Below, in pieces: positions 40,401-53,829 of a stretch of DNA of 64,000 nucleotides. Both the position numbers and the translations under genes were made by a program. Where the stretch lies: positions 14,570,001 through 14,634,000 of the forward strand of contig OZ296649.1 of NCBI GenBank assembly GCA_965655095.1, written 5' to 3'. Each line of letters opens with the position of its first letter. The stretch's first letter is position 1. The notes under the pieces were generated by a model, which had not been told where the DNA came from, did no database searches, and saw only the letters and a list, made by a program, of their open reading frames with translations. Source of the stretch: Haplodiscus bocki. Lineage: Eukaryota.

Positions 40401-43400
40401 TATTGGGTGTTTTCAGATCTTTCCTTGAAAGTTATCTGCTGACAATCATGTTGGTCTTGCTTATCTTAATAGACGTCAGAGTTGTTGTTTCGGTTTTTGT
40501 TTTCTTGCGCCTAATTACTTGAGCTAACTGGTCATGTGTCAACTAAGTTCCTCATGTGATTTTGATTCTGGCCCGTGGTTGGCTGCTGGTCTTCAAATCT
40601 AATTGTTCTCAACAGGAGTTATTGATAATCACACCTCAAGTCTGCATAGGTGATTGCCGCTGGCCTTGCTACTTTCTGATTGGCCGACCGTAATCACGAA
40701 TAAATAACTTCCTGGTTAAGATCGCAATTTGAGCAAAAATAGCAAAGATAGTTGGCATCAGTTCGAATGTTTCCAAATGATTAACAACAAGAAAAGTGTA
40801 CCGTAAAAGAACACTGTTGTTCACGGAAACTAATGAAAGAGTCTAGAGTGTATCACCCAAAGCGCATTCCTTACCGCGCTATAATGTTACTCTCTACTGT
40901 CGTTCCAGTTGCGATGCTGATGCTGGTAAAATTATACCACGTTGTAAATATAACTTGTTTCCACTCATTGCGCTTTTAATAAAATGTTGATGCTGGTTTC
41001 ACTTGATGAAGTCGATATATCGTGGTTGAGGAAATTTTCACTAAATTCACCGTGGGTTTTTCACAAACGTTGTCGAAGCACAGATTTCGTTACAAAGGCC
41101 AGTTATCGCGTTCACAACTATTGGGCGGAATTACTATGACGTAATGGATTTCATATCGGTGTCTGAATATAGTGCTGCATAAAATGCTGATATATTAGTT
41201 TCTAATATATAATATAAAGCTTCATAACATATGACATAGGTTAATTGACTGATCGCGTCTTTGTTGGGTTTACACTTTCATCAAGCTGACTTTACACTGC
41301 AGTTAGGACCAAGAAGTGGAGGCCCATTGTGCTAGATGTTATCATTTCTCTGGTGTTGATGCGTCCTTCACTAATTTGAGCTGTACTATCCTTTGAGTGT
41401 TCTTCAATGGGAGTAGGATACCAGTTTGGCAAACCTTCGCTGGTTGGGGAGAAATGGCTGGTGATCTTGGATTCCTCACATTTTTGCACATGCGGCTCTG
41501 ACAAGTTTAGTATTCGTGAGTTTTTTAATTGGTTGCTAGCCTGCACTGCCTATTTGTCTGTCATGCTCTGCTACTTCCATATTAGGCTGGGTGACCATCA
41601 CGTTTTTGGCGGTCAAAGCGCTAGTTTGGTGTCAAATTGCCTCTTTTCTAATTGCTCTAACCCAAATCATCTTTTCTAGGTTTTTGTTGTCTGCAGTCGA
41701 ATAGCACCGTGCCGTGCATTGGAGTGAAGTTTGGCACCAACTCAAGTAACTTCCACAAGACGGTTTTCAAGAATGTAACTCCGATTATTCAATAATATGC
41801 AGCAATGTCATGCCATTGTGCGAATCTTTAACTCACAAAAAAGAAAGTCAAGTGCCATGGTTGTCACAAATTTCGGCAGCTGATTCGCGTAGGCAGAATT
41901 TTTGTGTCGTAGTCGGGAGATAATGGTGTTTTCCTTCTTTTTTTTGGTTCGGAGTCTTGAATTTTTTCTGAACTGTAGCATCATCCCGGCATACATTATT
42001 GCATTCATCTCTGCGACCTTGGCAGTTTCTCTCTTTTTTAGGCAAAATTTATCCCTTTCTACAACCTCGAAAAACGAAACTACAAGTGCTACCTGTAATC
42101 AAACTTTGGTTCCATTTTCGCCTTCGTCTGAAATGCGTCTGAAATTGGCGTCAGTGGGGGATTATCTTTTGATTGGAATGTGCGGTTCGTGACTGATGAT
42201 TGTTAGGTTGATCAGTCATTCCGATCTACGCCAGCCTTAAAGTTTTGTGGTTTTCGTTGCTTTGTTGCATTTGCATTTCAAGGTAATGTCGTTGATTGTG
42301 GTAATATTGGGTGGTTTCAGGTTCTTCTTTGAAAAATGTTTGCTGGCAAATATGTTGGTCCTCCTTATTTTTGTCGACGTAAGGGTTGCTGTGTCTGTTT
42401 TTGTTTTCGTGCGCCTAATTAATTGAACTAACTGGTCAAGTGTCAACTGAGCTGATCACGTGATTTTGAATCTGGTCTGCGGTTGGCTGCTGGTCTTTAA
42501 ACCTAATTGTACTCAACAGGTGATAAAGATAATCACACTTCAATCCTGCACAGGTGGTTCCCGCTGGTCTGACTAATTTTTGATTGGCGCACGCCAATCA
42601 CGAATAAATAACTTCTCAGATAAATTCGCATTTTAAGCACAAATAGCAAAGATAGCTAACATCAATTCGGATGATTCCAAATGGTTAATAACTAGAAAAG
42701 TGTACCGTAAAAGAACACTGTTGTTCACGGAGACTAATGAATGAGTCTAGAGTGTATCACCCAACGAGCATTCCTTACCGCGTTATAATGTTACTCGCTA
42801 CTGTCGTTCCAGGCGCGATGCTGATGTTGGAAAAGTTATGCCACGTTATAAATATAACTTGCTTCCACTCATTGCGCTTTTAATAAAAAATTGATGCTGG
42901 TTTCACTTGATGAAGTCGATATATCGTGGTTGAGGAATTTTTCACTAAATTCACCGTGGGTTTTTCACAAACGTTGTCGTAGCAGACATTCCGTTACAAA
43001 GGCCAGTTATCGCGTTCACAACTATTGGGCGGAATTACTATGACGTAATGGATTTCATATCGGTGTCTGAATATAGTGCTGCATAAAATGCTGATATATT
43101 ACTTTCTAATATATAATATGAAGCTTCATAACATATGACATAGGGTAATTGAATGATCGCGTATTTGTTGGGTTTACATTTCCATCAAGCTGGCTTTATC
43201 CTGCAGTTTCGAACAAGAAGTGGAGGCCCATTGTGCTAGAGGTTATCAATTCTCTGTTAATCATGTGTCCTTCACTAATTTGGGCGTGTACTATCCTGTG
43301 TGTGTTCTTCAATGGAAGTGCGATGCTAATTTAGCAAACCTTCGCTGGTTTCGGAGAAATGGCTGATGGTCTTGGATTTCTCACATCTTTGCCAATGCGG

Positions 43401-46400
43401 CTCTGACAAAACTGGCAATTGGTGAGTTTAATAAATGATTGACAGCCTGCATTGCCATTTTGTCTGTCATGCTCTGCTACTTCCATATTAGGCTGGTTGA
43501 CCATGACTTTTTTGGCGGTAAAAGCACTAGTTTGGCGTCAAATTGCCTCTGTTCTAATTGCTGTAAACCAAATAATTTTTGCTGGGTTTTTGTTGGCTGT
43601 AGTCGAATAGCACCGTGCCGTGCATTGGAGTGAAGTTTGGCACAGACTCATGTAATTTCTACAAGACGCTTTGCAAGAATGTAACTCCGATTATTGAATT
43701 ATATGCAGCAAAGTCATGCCATTGTGCGCATCTTTAACTCACAAAATATAAAGTCAAGTGCCACGGTTGTCACAAATTTTGGCAGGAATTTCGCGTTTTC
43801 ACAATTTTTGTGTCGTTGTCTGTAGATTTTGGTGTTTCCCGCTCTTTTATTGGTGCGGTGTCTTCACTTTTTTCGCAGCGGTAGTACCTTTTTGGCATAT
43901 ATTAATGTTTTCCCTTTGCGATCTTGGCAGTTTCCTTCTTTTGTAGGCCGATGTTTCGTTTTTCAATAGCCTTCTCGAAGAGCAAAATTTGGAATGCTAC
44001 CAGTAATCATAATTCAAACCCAAGTTCACTGTCTTCTAAGTTGCGCCTGAAAATGGCGTCAGTACGGGAAGACACTTTGAGTGGATTGTGCGGTTCATGG
44101 TTGATGATCGTTAGGTTGATCAGTCGTTCCTATGGACGCCTGCCTTTAATTTCTGTGGTTTTCGTTGCTTGGTTGCTTTTTGGTTTCAGGGAAATGTTGA
44201 TTGTGGTAATATTGGGTGTTTTCAGATCTTTCCTTGAAAGTTATCTGCTGACAATCATGTTGGTCCTGCTTATCTTAATAGACGTCAGAGTTGTTGTTTC
44301 GGTTTTTGTTTTCCTGCGCCTAATTACTTGAGCTAACTGGTCATGTGTCAACTAAGTTCCTCATGTGATTTTGATTCTGGCCCGTGGTTGGCTGCTGGTC
44401 TTCAAATCTAATTGTTCTCAACAGGAGTTATTGATAATCACACCTTAATTCTGCATAGGTGATTGCCGCTGGCCTTACTAGTTTCTGATTGGCCAACCGT
44501 AATCACGAATAAATAACTTCCTAAATAAGCTCGCAATTTGAGCAAAAATAGCAAAGGTAGTTGACATCAATTCGAATGTTTCCAAATGATTAACAACAAG
44601 AAAAGTGTACCGTAAAAGAACACTGTTGTTCACGGAAACTAATGAAAGAGTCTAGAGTGTATCACAAAAAAGCGCAATCCTTACCGCGTTATAATGTTAC
44701 TCTCTACTGTCGTTCCAGTTGCGATGCTGATGCTGGTAAAATTATACCACGTTGTAAATATAACTTGTTTCCACTCATTGCGCTTTTAATAAAATGTTGA
44801 TGCCGGTTTCACTTGATGAAGTCGATATATCGTGGTTGAGGAAATTTTCACTAAATTCACCGTGGGTTTTTCACAAACGTTGTCGAAGCACAGATTTCGT
44901 TACAAAGGCCAGTTATCGCGTTCACAACTATTGGAAGGAATTACTATGACGTAATGGATTTCATATCGGTGTCTGAATATAGTGCTGCATAAAATGCTGA
45001 TATATTACTTTCTAATATATAATATGAAGCTTCATAACATATGACATAGGGTAATTGAATGATCGCGTATTTGTTGGGTTTACAATTCCATCAAGCTGGC
45101 TTTATCCTGCAGTTTCAAACAAGAAGTGGAGGCCCATTGTGCTAGAGGTTATCAATTCTCTGGTAATCATGTGTGCTTCACTAATTTGGGCTTTTACTAT
45201 CCTTTGAGTGTTCTTCAACGGGAGTAGGATACCAATTTGGTAAACGTTCGCTGGTTGGGGAGAAATGGCTGGTGATCTTGGATTCCTCACATTTTTGCAC
45301 ATGCGGCTCTGACAAGTTTAGTAATGGTGAGTTTTTTAATTGATTGCTAGCCTGCACTGCCATTTTGTCTGTCATGCTCTGCTACTTCCATATTAGGCTG
45401 GGTGACCATCACGTTTTTGGCGGTCAAAGCGCTAGTTCGGTGTCAAATTGCCTCTTTTCTAATTGTTCTAACCCAAATCATCTTTCCCAGGTTTTTGTTG
45501 GCTGCAGTCGAATAGAACTGTGCCGTGCATTGGCGTGAAGTTTGGCACAGACTCATGTAACTTTCACAAGACGCTTTGCATAAATGTAACTCCGATTATT
45601 GATTAATATGCAGCGAGGTCATGCCATTGTGCGAATCATTAACTCACAAAAAAGAAAATCAAGTGCCATCGTTGTCACAAATTTCGGAAGCTGATTCGCG
45701 TAGGCAAAATTTTTGTGTCGTAGTCGGCAGATAATGGTGTTTTCTCTCTTTTTTTTGGTGCGGAGTCTTGAATTTTTTCTGAACTGTAGCATCATTCCGG
45801 CATACATTTTTGCATTCATCTCTGCGACTTTGGTAGTTTCCCTCTTTTTTAGGCAAAATTTATCCCTTTCTACAACCTCGAAAAACGAAACTCCAAGTGC
45901 TACCTGTAATCAAACTTTGGTTCCATTTTCGCCTTCTTCTGAAATGCGTCTGAAATTGGCGTCAGTGGGGGATTATCTTTTGATGGGAATGTGCGGTTCG
46001 TGACTGATGATTGTTAGGTTGATCAGTCATTCCGATCTACGCCAGCCTTAAAGTTTTGTGGTTTTCGTTGCTTTGTTGCATTTGCATTTCAAGGTAATGT
46101 CGTTGATTGTGGTAATATTGGGTGGTTTCAGGTTTTTCTTTGAAAAATGTTTGCTGGCAAATATGTTGGTCCTCCTTATTTTTGTCGACGTAAGGGTTGC
46201 TGTGTCTGTTTTTGTTTTCGTGCGCCTAATTAATTGAACTAACTGGTCAAGTGTCAACTGAGCTGATCACGTGATTTTGACTCTGGTCTGCGGTTGGCTG
46301 CTAGTCTTTAAACCTAATTGTTCTCAACAGGTGATAAAGATAATCACACTTCAATCCTGCACAGGTGGTTCCCGCTGGTTGACTAATTTTTGATTGGCCC

Positions 46401-47003
46401 ACGCCAATCACGAATAATTAACTTCTCAGATAAATTCGCATTTTAAGCACAAATAGCAAAGATAGCTAACATCAATTCGGATGATTCCAAATGCTTAATA
46501 ACTAGAAAAGTGTACCGTAAAAGAGCACTGTTGTTCACGGAGACTAATGAATGAGTCTAGAGTGTATCACCCAACGAGCATTCCTTAGCGCGTTATAATG
46601 TTACTCGCTACTGTCGTTCCAGGCGCGATGCTGATGTTGGAAAAGTTATGCCACGTTATAAATATAACTTGCTTCCACTCATTGCGCTTTTAATAAAATG
46701 TTGATGCTGGTTTCACTTGATGAAGTCGATATATCGTGGTTGAGGAAATTTTCACTAAATTCACCGTGGGTTTTTCACAAACGTTGTCGAAGCACAGATT
46801 TCGTTACATAAGACATGAATCGCCTTCACAACTAATGAGAGGAAGTAATATGACCTAATGGCTGTCATATCGGTGTGTGAATACATTGCTGAATAAATTG
46901 CTTATGTATTATTTTATAATAAATAGTTTAAAGCTTCATATCATATGACGTAGACTAATTGCTTATTCATTTTTTGCGTGGTTTATATTTCCATCATGCT
47001 GGC
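4480..47003. repeat. Tandem macrosatellite of ~22.4 monomers of ~1.9 kb
   Basis: The anchor ttatactgcagttaggaacaagaagtggaggcccattg (minor variants) recurs at 5313, 7188, 9092, 10967, 12871, 14747, 16622, 18527, 20402, 22307, 24213, 26117, 27991, 29895, 31770, 33675, 35579, 37483, 39388, 41292, 43196 and 45102, spaced 1874-1906 bp. Diverged partial units lie at both ends. Confidence 0.99.
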
Positions 47004-47289
47004 ATGACACTCACAATTGTAAAACTTCAAGACTAAAAAACTTTCAAGTCAACAATCAGAGGCGGCCAATTCACAGCTTAATGAAAGTCCATTTTTACCG
47101 ACCTAAAAATTTTCCATTGATTTGTGATTTTGAAGTGTTTTTATGTTTTTAAATTGTTATGCTGAGACATTGCATTTTATCCTGGTCAGATGTCATCGTT
47201 TATTGAAGTATGGTCTAATTTTCTCGAAAACTTGTTAGTTCGGAATTTTGTTCTGCACTCACGAATGCATTGGCGCTGACAGAAGAAGC

Positions 47290-47850
47290 ATCCTGAAAAC
47301 GAACAGGGCTTGAATTTTTGTAAACGTACTGTTCTCGATAGAAGCACTTCGTTGGAACTATATGAAGGATTTGAACTCTACTTCTTTGAAGCACTGGACA
47401 GAAATGAAATCCTTAAAGCTGGGGCATTGGAACTAGACTGGCACGAACATATCGTGCAACAGTCAAAAATCCTTAGACGCGTCAATATTGGAGACTGTAA
47501 TCAAAGATGTTGAGAAAAAAAAATTCGAAGCAACGTCCAATGTTTCAATCGGTGGTCTTAAGATAAGTTGCCGGAAAGTTAGGGTGCGAGGGAAATAATT
47601 TATCATCAGCGACGCTTGTTTTTTAGATATCTTTGGCCAAAAAATCCACCTAAAGTAGGTACACTCTCTCGTATGCGTTTTGGCTATCTTTTCACCAATA
47701 ATACTGATCAAAAAACTTGTCTTGCGATGTTCGTTTAAAAACCGATGCTTTTGAATGTAATTTGTTGATGACAACAGTGAAAATTTGTGGAAGACAAGGG
47801 AGCGCGTGCAAAAAGTTGCTTTTTATGTGACATTTTCCAACAACCAAAGC
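47290..47850 (+). mobile_element. Possible highly decayed hAT-type (ZMYM/P52rIPK-like) transposase fragment
   Basis: LNFCKRTVLDRSTSLELYEGFELYFFEALD loosely matches the LCxTRWVxRxxxL..F..Y..IxxALE block. KICGRQ at about 47780 loosely matches PRxxGRQ. There are many stops and frameshifts. Confidence 0.3.
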
Positions 47851-50249
47851 TGTGATAGCTCGGGTTGACCTGAGATGCAAATGATACTCTGGTCCATATA
47901 ATGGCCAGTTTATGATATTCAAGTATGCCATACTCTTGTATGGACAGTTTTTGACATTCATGCAACCATACGTCACCCTATATGACTTAGTATTTATTTC
48001 CTGTTTTTTGTATGGTGGTCAACCCGGGAGATTTCTGGAAAAAATTCAAGGCTCTATAAGCCTCCTGCAAAACCTTTCCAAAATTATTGTTTATATATAG
48101 TGCATCTGAGCTGGATCTATCACATTAGGTTCAACAATATTCTCGCATAATGACAAACAAACATTTGCTAATCGCTAGTTGTCACAAGAAAAGATGTCAG
48201 GTACATGGAATTCGTTCTTGCTGCCGTTTTTCCATGGAAAGTCAAGTTCAAAAATTTTAAAGTAATTGGCTGTCGGGCGAAAGTCATTAACAGAGCTCAT
48301 GAGAATCTACCAAACAAGTGAACAAAATTGCTGTTGAACTCTCTGGCACTCGGTGAGATTGATAGGTTAGTCTTTTTTCGAGCAGCGTTAGTGAACACTT
48401 TTTATACTCTCTTGTGAAACAACTGAGTTGGGTTGAAAATATCTTTCTATTATTCAATCGGAAATTCTGTTGACCTCGAAACGACTTAAATCTTGGAAGT
48501 ATTGGCCAGCAAATGGCAAGTTGTGCTGAATGAATTAGAGTTGTTCTTTCGCTGTAATAAAAATTTGAAACTGGCGTACCAACATCCAATGGCAAGTTAC
48601 CTATATACTGGGAGAAGTTCAACAGTACTTCACACGGAACGCAGTTTCAGGTCTCTTTTGGGTGGGTTCTTCTGTAAAAAAAACTAACAAGCTCAAAACT
48701 CTAAAGTTTTTAGTTGTGCAACCCTGTGACAGATAAAAGAAAAAAATTACATACTAATGAGATGTCGGTCAGGACCGTAAGTTCACTAAAATCCTCTAAA
48801 ATCATTTTGGTAGCTCCATTTTTCCAAAACAACAATTCATTCAAGTTGTAGTGTAACACTTTGTCTTTGCTCTGTTAAAATATGAGATTTGAGAAACTAC
48901 GACAAGAATATTTGACGAACAAAACAAACAATTTTGACAACCGTGGATTTTCTACAATTTGACAATTAGATGTCTTTTTGACTGGATACATCGAGCAAAA
49001 AAAGAAAAATTACTCTTCTGAGAGACAACTTGAGAAAAATTTGGTATTCTGTGTTTGAGCCACTTCAGATGTTGGCTCTGACAACAATCATATGGTTTAC
49101 TTTCACAAAAAATATCAGTTTTTCTGCCAAAAACACTCCTTTGAGGTGAAGGTTGCAAGGAAGCAATCCCGTTGCCCAAACTTAGTTTCCTTGGATTGTG
49201 CTTTAGCTGATTGAGTTTTACCCGTCCGTTAATCATGTTTTCGACTCAAATTTAAAAAAAAACTTTTGACAGGAATCAGGTAAAAGCGGCGGCGAGCCCA
49301 TGCCTGACTTTATAACAGCCAGATCAAAAACATGTTACCACCCGTGTTTTGAAAGAATCGAATGCGGTAAAAATCGTCATAACTTTGTGTTAGTTCTGAA
49401 ATGTGTACAGCATTGCAGAAGATCTGTTCACTTTGATCTTTCTTGTCGAGAGCCCCGGCTGTTGCTTGATTTCATTCCTGTTAGTTCAACAACTCGAATT
49501 GTAGTATCTCCTTGTCAGTGACTAGCCTCCAAGGAAAAGGTCAATTTTGCGAGTTTTGGGCAGTACCCATTTATTAAACGACTCGCGCCCTCTCCAGTTG
49601 GAGCAGCCAAGATATTCGAAGCCAGTTTCATGCTGAAACTATTGTTCACGGCTGGTTGTTTTTCCATTGGTTACGAACTACCTAACTAGAGAGCTACCCT
49701 GACCGTTTGAGTGCGTGAAAAATAGATGTGTTTTTTTTCCATAAAAAACTTGAATTCTTTCCAAATGGCTAGAGGCGGCATTCTTTCTCTAGAACGCACA
49801 TCTTTAATAACAGTTCTTAAAAATGACTTTCCACCCTAATTGTGGGTTTTTTTTGCCAAAAAATCAGATTTTTTTAAAGTTGAGCAATTCAAACTATATG
49901 AAGAGCATTTTCTGAAAAACATTTCATCCTAATGAGAGATATTTTTAACAAAAATGGAAGGCGCCAAAACTGTTGGTAGCCAACCCTCGTTGTGCAACCT
50001 GGATTTTAATATATATGTGGGATGGTTTGTAGGCCCTTGTTTCACCAGGTCATCCTCCCAGTACCACGAAATTGGTCCATTGTAATTCGTTTTGTTTTAT
50101 AAACTACAAAACGGCCATCACACAGCAAAGACCAGTTTACAGTTTTCTTTTAAAGCCATTCAGAGTTTCTTCAAGTTTTAGCTTATCGGGCAGAGCACTC
50201 CAGGAAACATGACATGTTGTATGAGAAACGTTGTCTCCGAAACTGTTTC

Positions 50250-51750
50250 TTGTCCTCTGAGTTTCATAAAGCGAAGCGTTGTCACCCTACTGGGCTAATT
50301 GCAGCCACATTCCTTGATTAGAGGTTTAGTTAGCAAACAGCAATCCGTAGATTATGAACGTTCGAAAACATGAAAGTACAGTTTCTGTAAGGATTCCTTC
50401 TGTCAATTAGCAGCCAGTGTAGCTTCCGTAGTACTGATTGTGCTTCCTTGTTTTTGTCAAGCATGGAAATGCAACCACCAACCCGATGACGAAATCGTAT
50501 TTTCGCTTTTAAGTTTTGTGGTATGCCATAAAACAAAGAATTGCAGTTGTCCGTGCGGTTGAGGTTAACAGTTTTAAGCTGAAGTTCAATAAAATCTATG
50601 CTCACTAGATTGCTAATCGAACTTGCTCAATGTTGATCATAACAACAAGTTGCACATATAAAGTTGACACGCCTGGATAACGACAAACAGAGATCTAGTA
50701 AAACTCATAGGTAATTTATGCTAATCATTTTTAGCAAGGTTTGATCAAAGAGAATATAAGGTTTTGCATTCAATGAATCGAAGTTTGATACCGATAAGAA
50801 TTGCTTTTTCAACTTCTGCCTCTTAGTTTCAGCGCAAATAAGAGCCAGTAAACAAGGTTGAAGACCGAATTGGAAATATGAATTCAATCATCTGGTGAAC
50901 GCCATTCGATGGATTTGAGTAATCTCTTGTTATCAGCAGAAATGTGGTATATAACTTCAAAGGAACTTAGTATTTTTTTCAATAGCGTGAAAAAAGCACA
51001 AGCAACACTGCTCCTAGCATACAAAATTGTGGAGCTCTAACAGCAGCCATTTTTGGCTCCAAACAAATCCTTGGACCAGGACCCACTGAGTTCAATCCAT
51101 AAAAAGGGACTTGATGGTTCACAATGTTCTCCCATGGACGCCAAGTCCATTCAAAAACTTCATTCAAAAAAGTATTCATCTTGTTTCTCAAATGCAGGAA
51201 AACGACATAGATTTTTTAAAGAAAAGTTTTCTCGCTTATTGATATTCCGCTGTGGAAAAAATGATAGTTGAAGTAAAGCAGTTTTAGTAGAACGAAAAAA
51301 ATTGTAGACCAAGCGCAAGTGGCCAGTTGAATTGAAACCACTTGAGAAATCAGTTGCTTGAGAAGCAACCACATTTCCCCCATTGATAAAAATGATTCTT
51401 TTGTATATGACCTATTGTGTAAACTCTCTTATTGACCATCACTGCTAAAAGTAGAGGCACTAATGCGGTGTTTCAGGTAAGTCGGGAAAAATATCTCCGT
51501 TGATTGACTGTTTAACAAGCAGGGAGGTTTTTTTGAAAGCGTTTGGCTCGAAATTTTTAGTATGTAGAGATTGTCCAATCTGTATGGTACATGGTAATCA
51601 CTTCATAGACAAAAAGCTATCACTAGCGCTCATGGCCATAAGGTTTTGCTATGTAGTTGGCAAAACTATCAAACTGTCGTCACTTAAACGTTCGACTTTG
51701 ATAACCATATTGTCCGCTTTTGTAACGTGCAGCCAATAAAAATTTCAGCC
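50250..51750 (-). mobile_element. Decayed non-LTR retrotransposon ORF2 (reverse transcriptase plus C-terminus), L2/CR1/Crack group
   Basis: Colinear degenerate motifs on the minus strand: VVASQATDF...RSTKTALL...FPAFE (cf. HSTETALL...LSAAFD), APQFCMLGAVLL (cf. GVPQGSVLGPLLF), YHISADN (cf. YADD), RTDNCNSLFYGIP (cf. RLDYCNSLLxGLP) and VLRKLHWL (cf. LxxLHWLP). Confidence 0.88.
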
Positions 51751-52856
51751 AAGAGTTTTGTTAACTGGTTGGGAAAAAATTCCTTCTTACAACGTACAAT
51801 ACTGTAAATTACAGAAAAAACAGCCCCTAAGAAATAGCAGACTTACAGTATGATTTCAAACAAAATCTTTGTTCATGATTGAAGAAACGAAACTAGCTTT
51901 TTGTTTTGTTTGTGCAGATAATAAATGGTGTCTGTTTGTTGTCTAAAGTAATATCGCTAGGTTTTCCCGCCTTTTTTGTTGCAGTGACCAATTTCGTATA
52001 GAAAACGGACAACTGTGTTGATTAAAATCAGTTTTCCAGACGAGACAAACTTAGAGGTGGCAAGATCAATTGAGTCGAACGAAAGACTGCATCTGTGATT
52101 GTACCAATTGAACTTAGAGGAGCGTACACAAAGGACTCCTGCTCATAAAAGCAACTTTCAAACTCAATTCGTCTCCCTCGTCTCATCCTCAGAAATATTT
52201 TTGCACATTGGAGTTATGAGATGAAGATCCAGGGAAAAGTAACGCACAAGTGATCAGAAATGGAAACATGAATTCCAACAAAACCTGTTTGTCCGAGGTC
52301 ATATTTCGAGAAAACAAGTTCGAGCGGATTGCCAGGTATGTGGATAGGAAAAAAATATAAACTGATTCAGCGCGTATCTATTAGGACTTGCGCTAAACTA
52401 AATAAAGTGAAAAGGAAGTTTTCTGGCCAGTTGATTTCAATCACCAAACGGCTCAAAAGTCACCAGAGATAAATTTAGGAAAATAATCCAGAAGTCTCTT
52501 CAAAAAAATGTCAACCTTAGTATAAGGTGGCCTACATAGGATGAAAAAATCCAGCGACTGACAAATGCCCAGTTTTATGTAGATGTGTGTTTTGCCATAT
52601 CTACAAAATTAAATTGCGGTTTTGTATGGATACTTTATTTTAGAGAATAAAAGGATGCACCTGGCTTTGGAGCAGTGTTCAGAGACGTTTGTAGAAACTA
52701 TCACATTTCAGCCAGCATTGGTGAATGAAAAGTTCTTTGAGACTCTCGTTCAACTCCCTTGAATTGCTTTCAAACGATGAAAGTGGAGAGAGAATATTGT
52801 CAAGCAAACATCCGAAACTTCATTTTTGATTGATATACCATAAACTAGGGACCTCT

Positions 52857-52912
52857 GAGAGAGGGAGGGAGAGAGAGAGAGAGAGGGAGAGAGACAGAGA
52901 GATAAGGAGAGA
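52857..52912. repeat. Imperfect (GA)n microsatellite, probable LINE 3' tail
   Basis: gagagagggagggagagagagagagagagggagagagacagaga. A minus-strand AATAAA at 52917-52922 lies immediately upstream. Confidence 0.9.
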
Positions 52913-53549
52913 ACCTTTTATTGTTTTGGTCTCCTCTGAGACAGTCAAAGTCAAGATTGTGAGTTGTTTTTGTTTTGCATTCTGTGGTCTAGTTTTCAAC
53001 CAGTTTCATGCTGCCCCATATGGCTTCAGTCTTTCAACGGCGACATCCACAGGCCAGTGCAGTTGTTGACCAGTGTCTTGGTGCTCCTTTTCGTAGTAAT
53101 AGTAGTAGCAGTAAAAATATATGAGCAGCGCTCAGGGGTTTTCACCAATTTATCAGTCCAAATTAAGTTGTCAAGTGTTTTTCATGATGTTCCACTGTCC
53201 GCATCTGCCTGAGATTCTCCATGTACATTTGTTCGCTGGTTAGTAGTTTATCTTACAAAAGTTCAAGTAAGACTTGGTCAGTGAGTCCGTTGTCAGTCGT
53301 GTTCATTTATATGCCCTCAGCACAAAAATGTATAGGGTCTTTCTCTGTCTGATATCTGTGTTTGCTTTCCTTGGTCAAAAATCTCCTCCCTCGTTTTGCT
53401 TTGTCACCATGGTGCTGTCATCTTCATCATCTACGTGAAAATCAAATTTCTTTTCAATCAAAGCTACCGGGGTGAGCAGGTCATGTTTTCAATATTTTGA
53501 CACAGGTGATGGAGCCGCAAGAAAGGGCTCTTCCTTGTAATAGTGCGTA
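52857..53549 (-). mobile_element. Decayed 3' end of an RNase H-bearing non-LTR retrotransposon (I/Ingi-like)
   Basis: Ordered minus-strand remnants: *PAHPG at about 53470 (cf. RNase H WxPAHxG), LLTSEQ...QMRTVEH...KHL at about 53200 (cf. RLRTGH), LHWPVDVAVERLKPYG at about 53050 (cf. WP...KLYG), then AATAAA and a (CT)n tail. Confidence 0.45.
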
Positions 53550-53733
53550 AGTAGTAGAGTAGTGAGCTGACCAGGAGGGGGGTATGGGGAGAAACCCTCC
53601 GTATTAAGGTAGGCTGTAGCCAGCCGAGAGGAGCCGAGAACCGAGAGGGGTCTTTCAGCCTAGCCGAGATCTCTCGGGTGGAGTAAGACTCGATTCTGGT
53701 TGGTTGACTACTCGGAAGACGTATTACTCACGT

Positions 53734-53829
53734 AATGGCTGACGAAGTTGAAGGGTTCTTTTGTGCTCGATACTGATTGGCTGACGAAATATTATGGTTT
53801 TATGGCCTCGATTTTGATTGGCTGCCGAC
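53734..53829. promoter_or_regulatory. Repeated (G)ATTGGCTGACGAA motif (inverted CCAAT plus TGACG half-CRE) at ~41-bp spacing
   Basis: aatggctgacgaa at 53734, gattggctgacgaa at 53775 and gattggctgccgac at 53816. The function is inferred only. Confidence 0.45.

Noticed and set aside
5313-46257. Dozens of recurring 60-135-aa ORFs in the array, such as the hydrophobic 135-aa MTVSFYCRPK... ORF, as a tandem gene family
   Set aside because: They occur on both strands, often start at TTG/GTG, and appear or vanish with monomer subtype. They have no recognisable domain, and their hydrophobicity follows from the T-rich plus strand.
4480-47003. Array as an rDNA, 5S, snRNA, SL-RNA, tRNA or histone cluster
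   Set aside because: I found no diagnostic sequence for any of these in the monomer. An Sm-site-like AATTTTGG occurs only in B-type units.
47850-50250. Short ORFs in the interval between the array and the L2-like LINE
   Set aside because: No recognisable motifs or consistent frame. Probably old repeat debris that I cannot classify.
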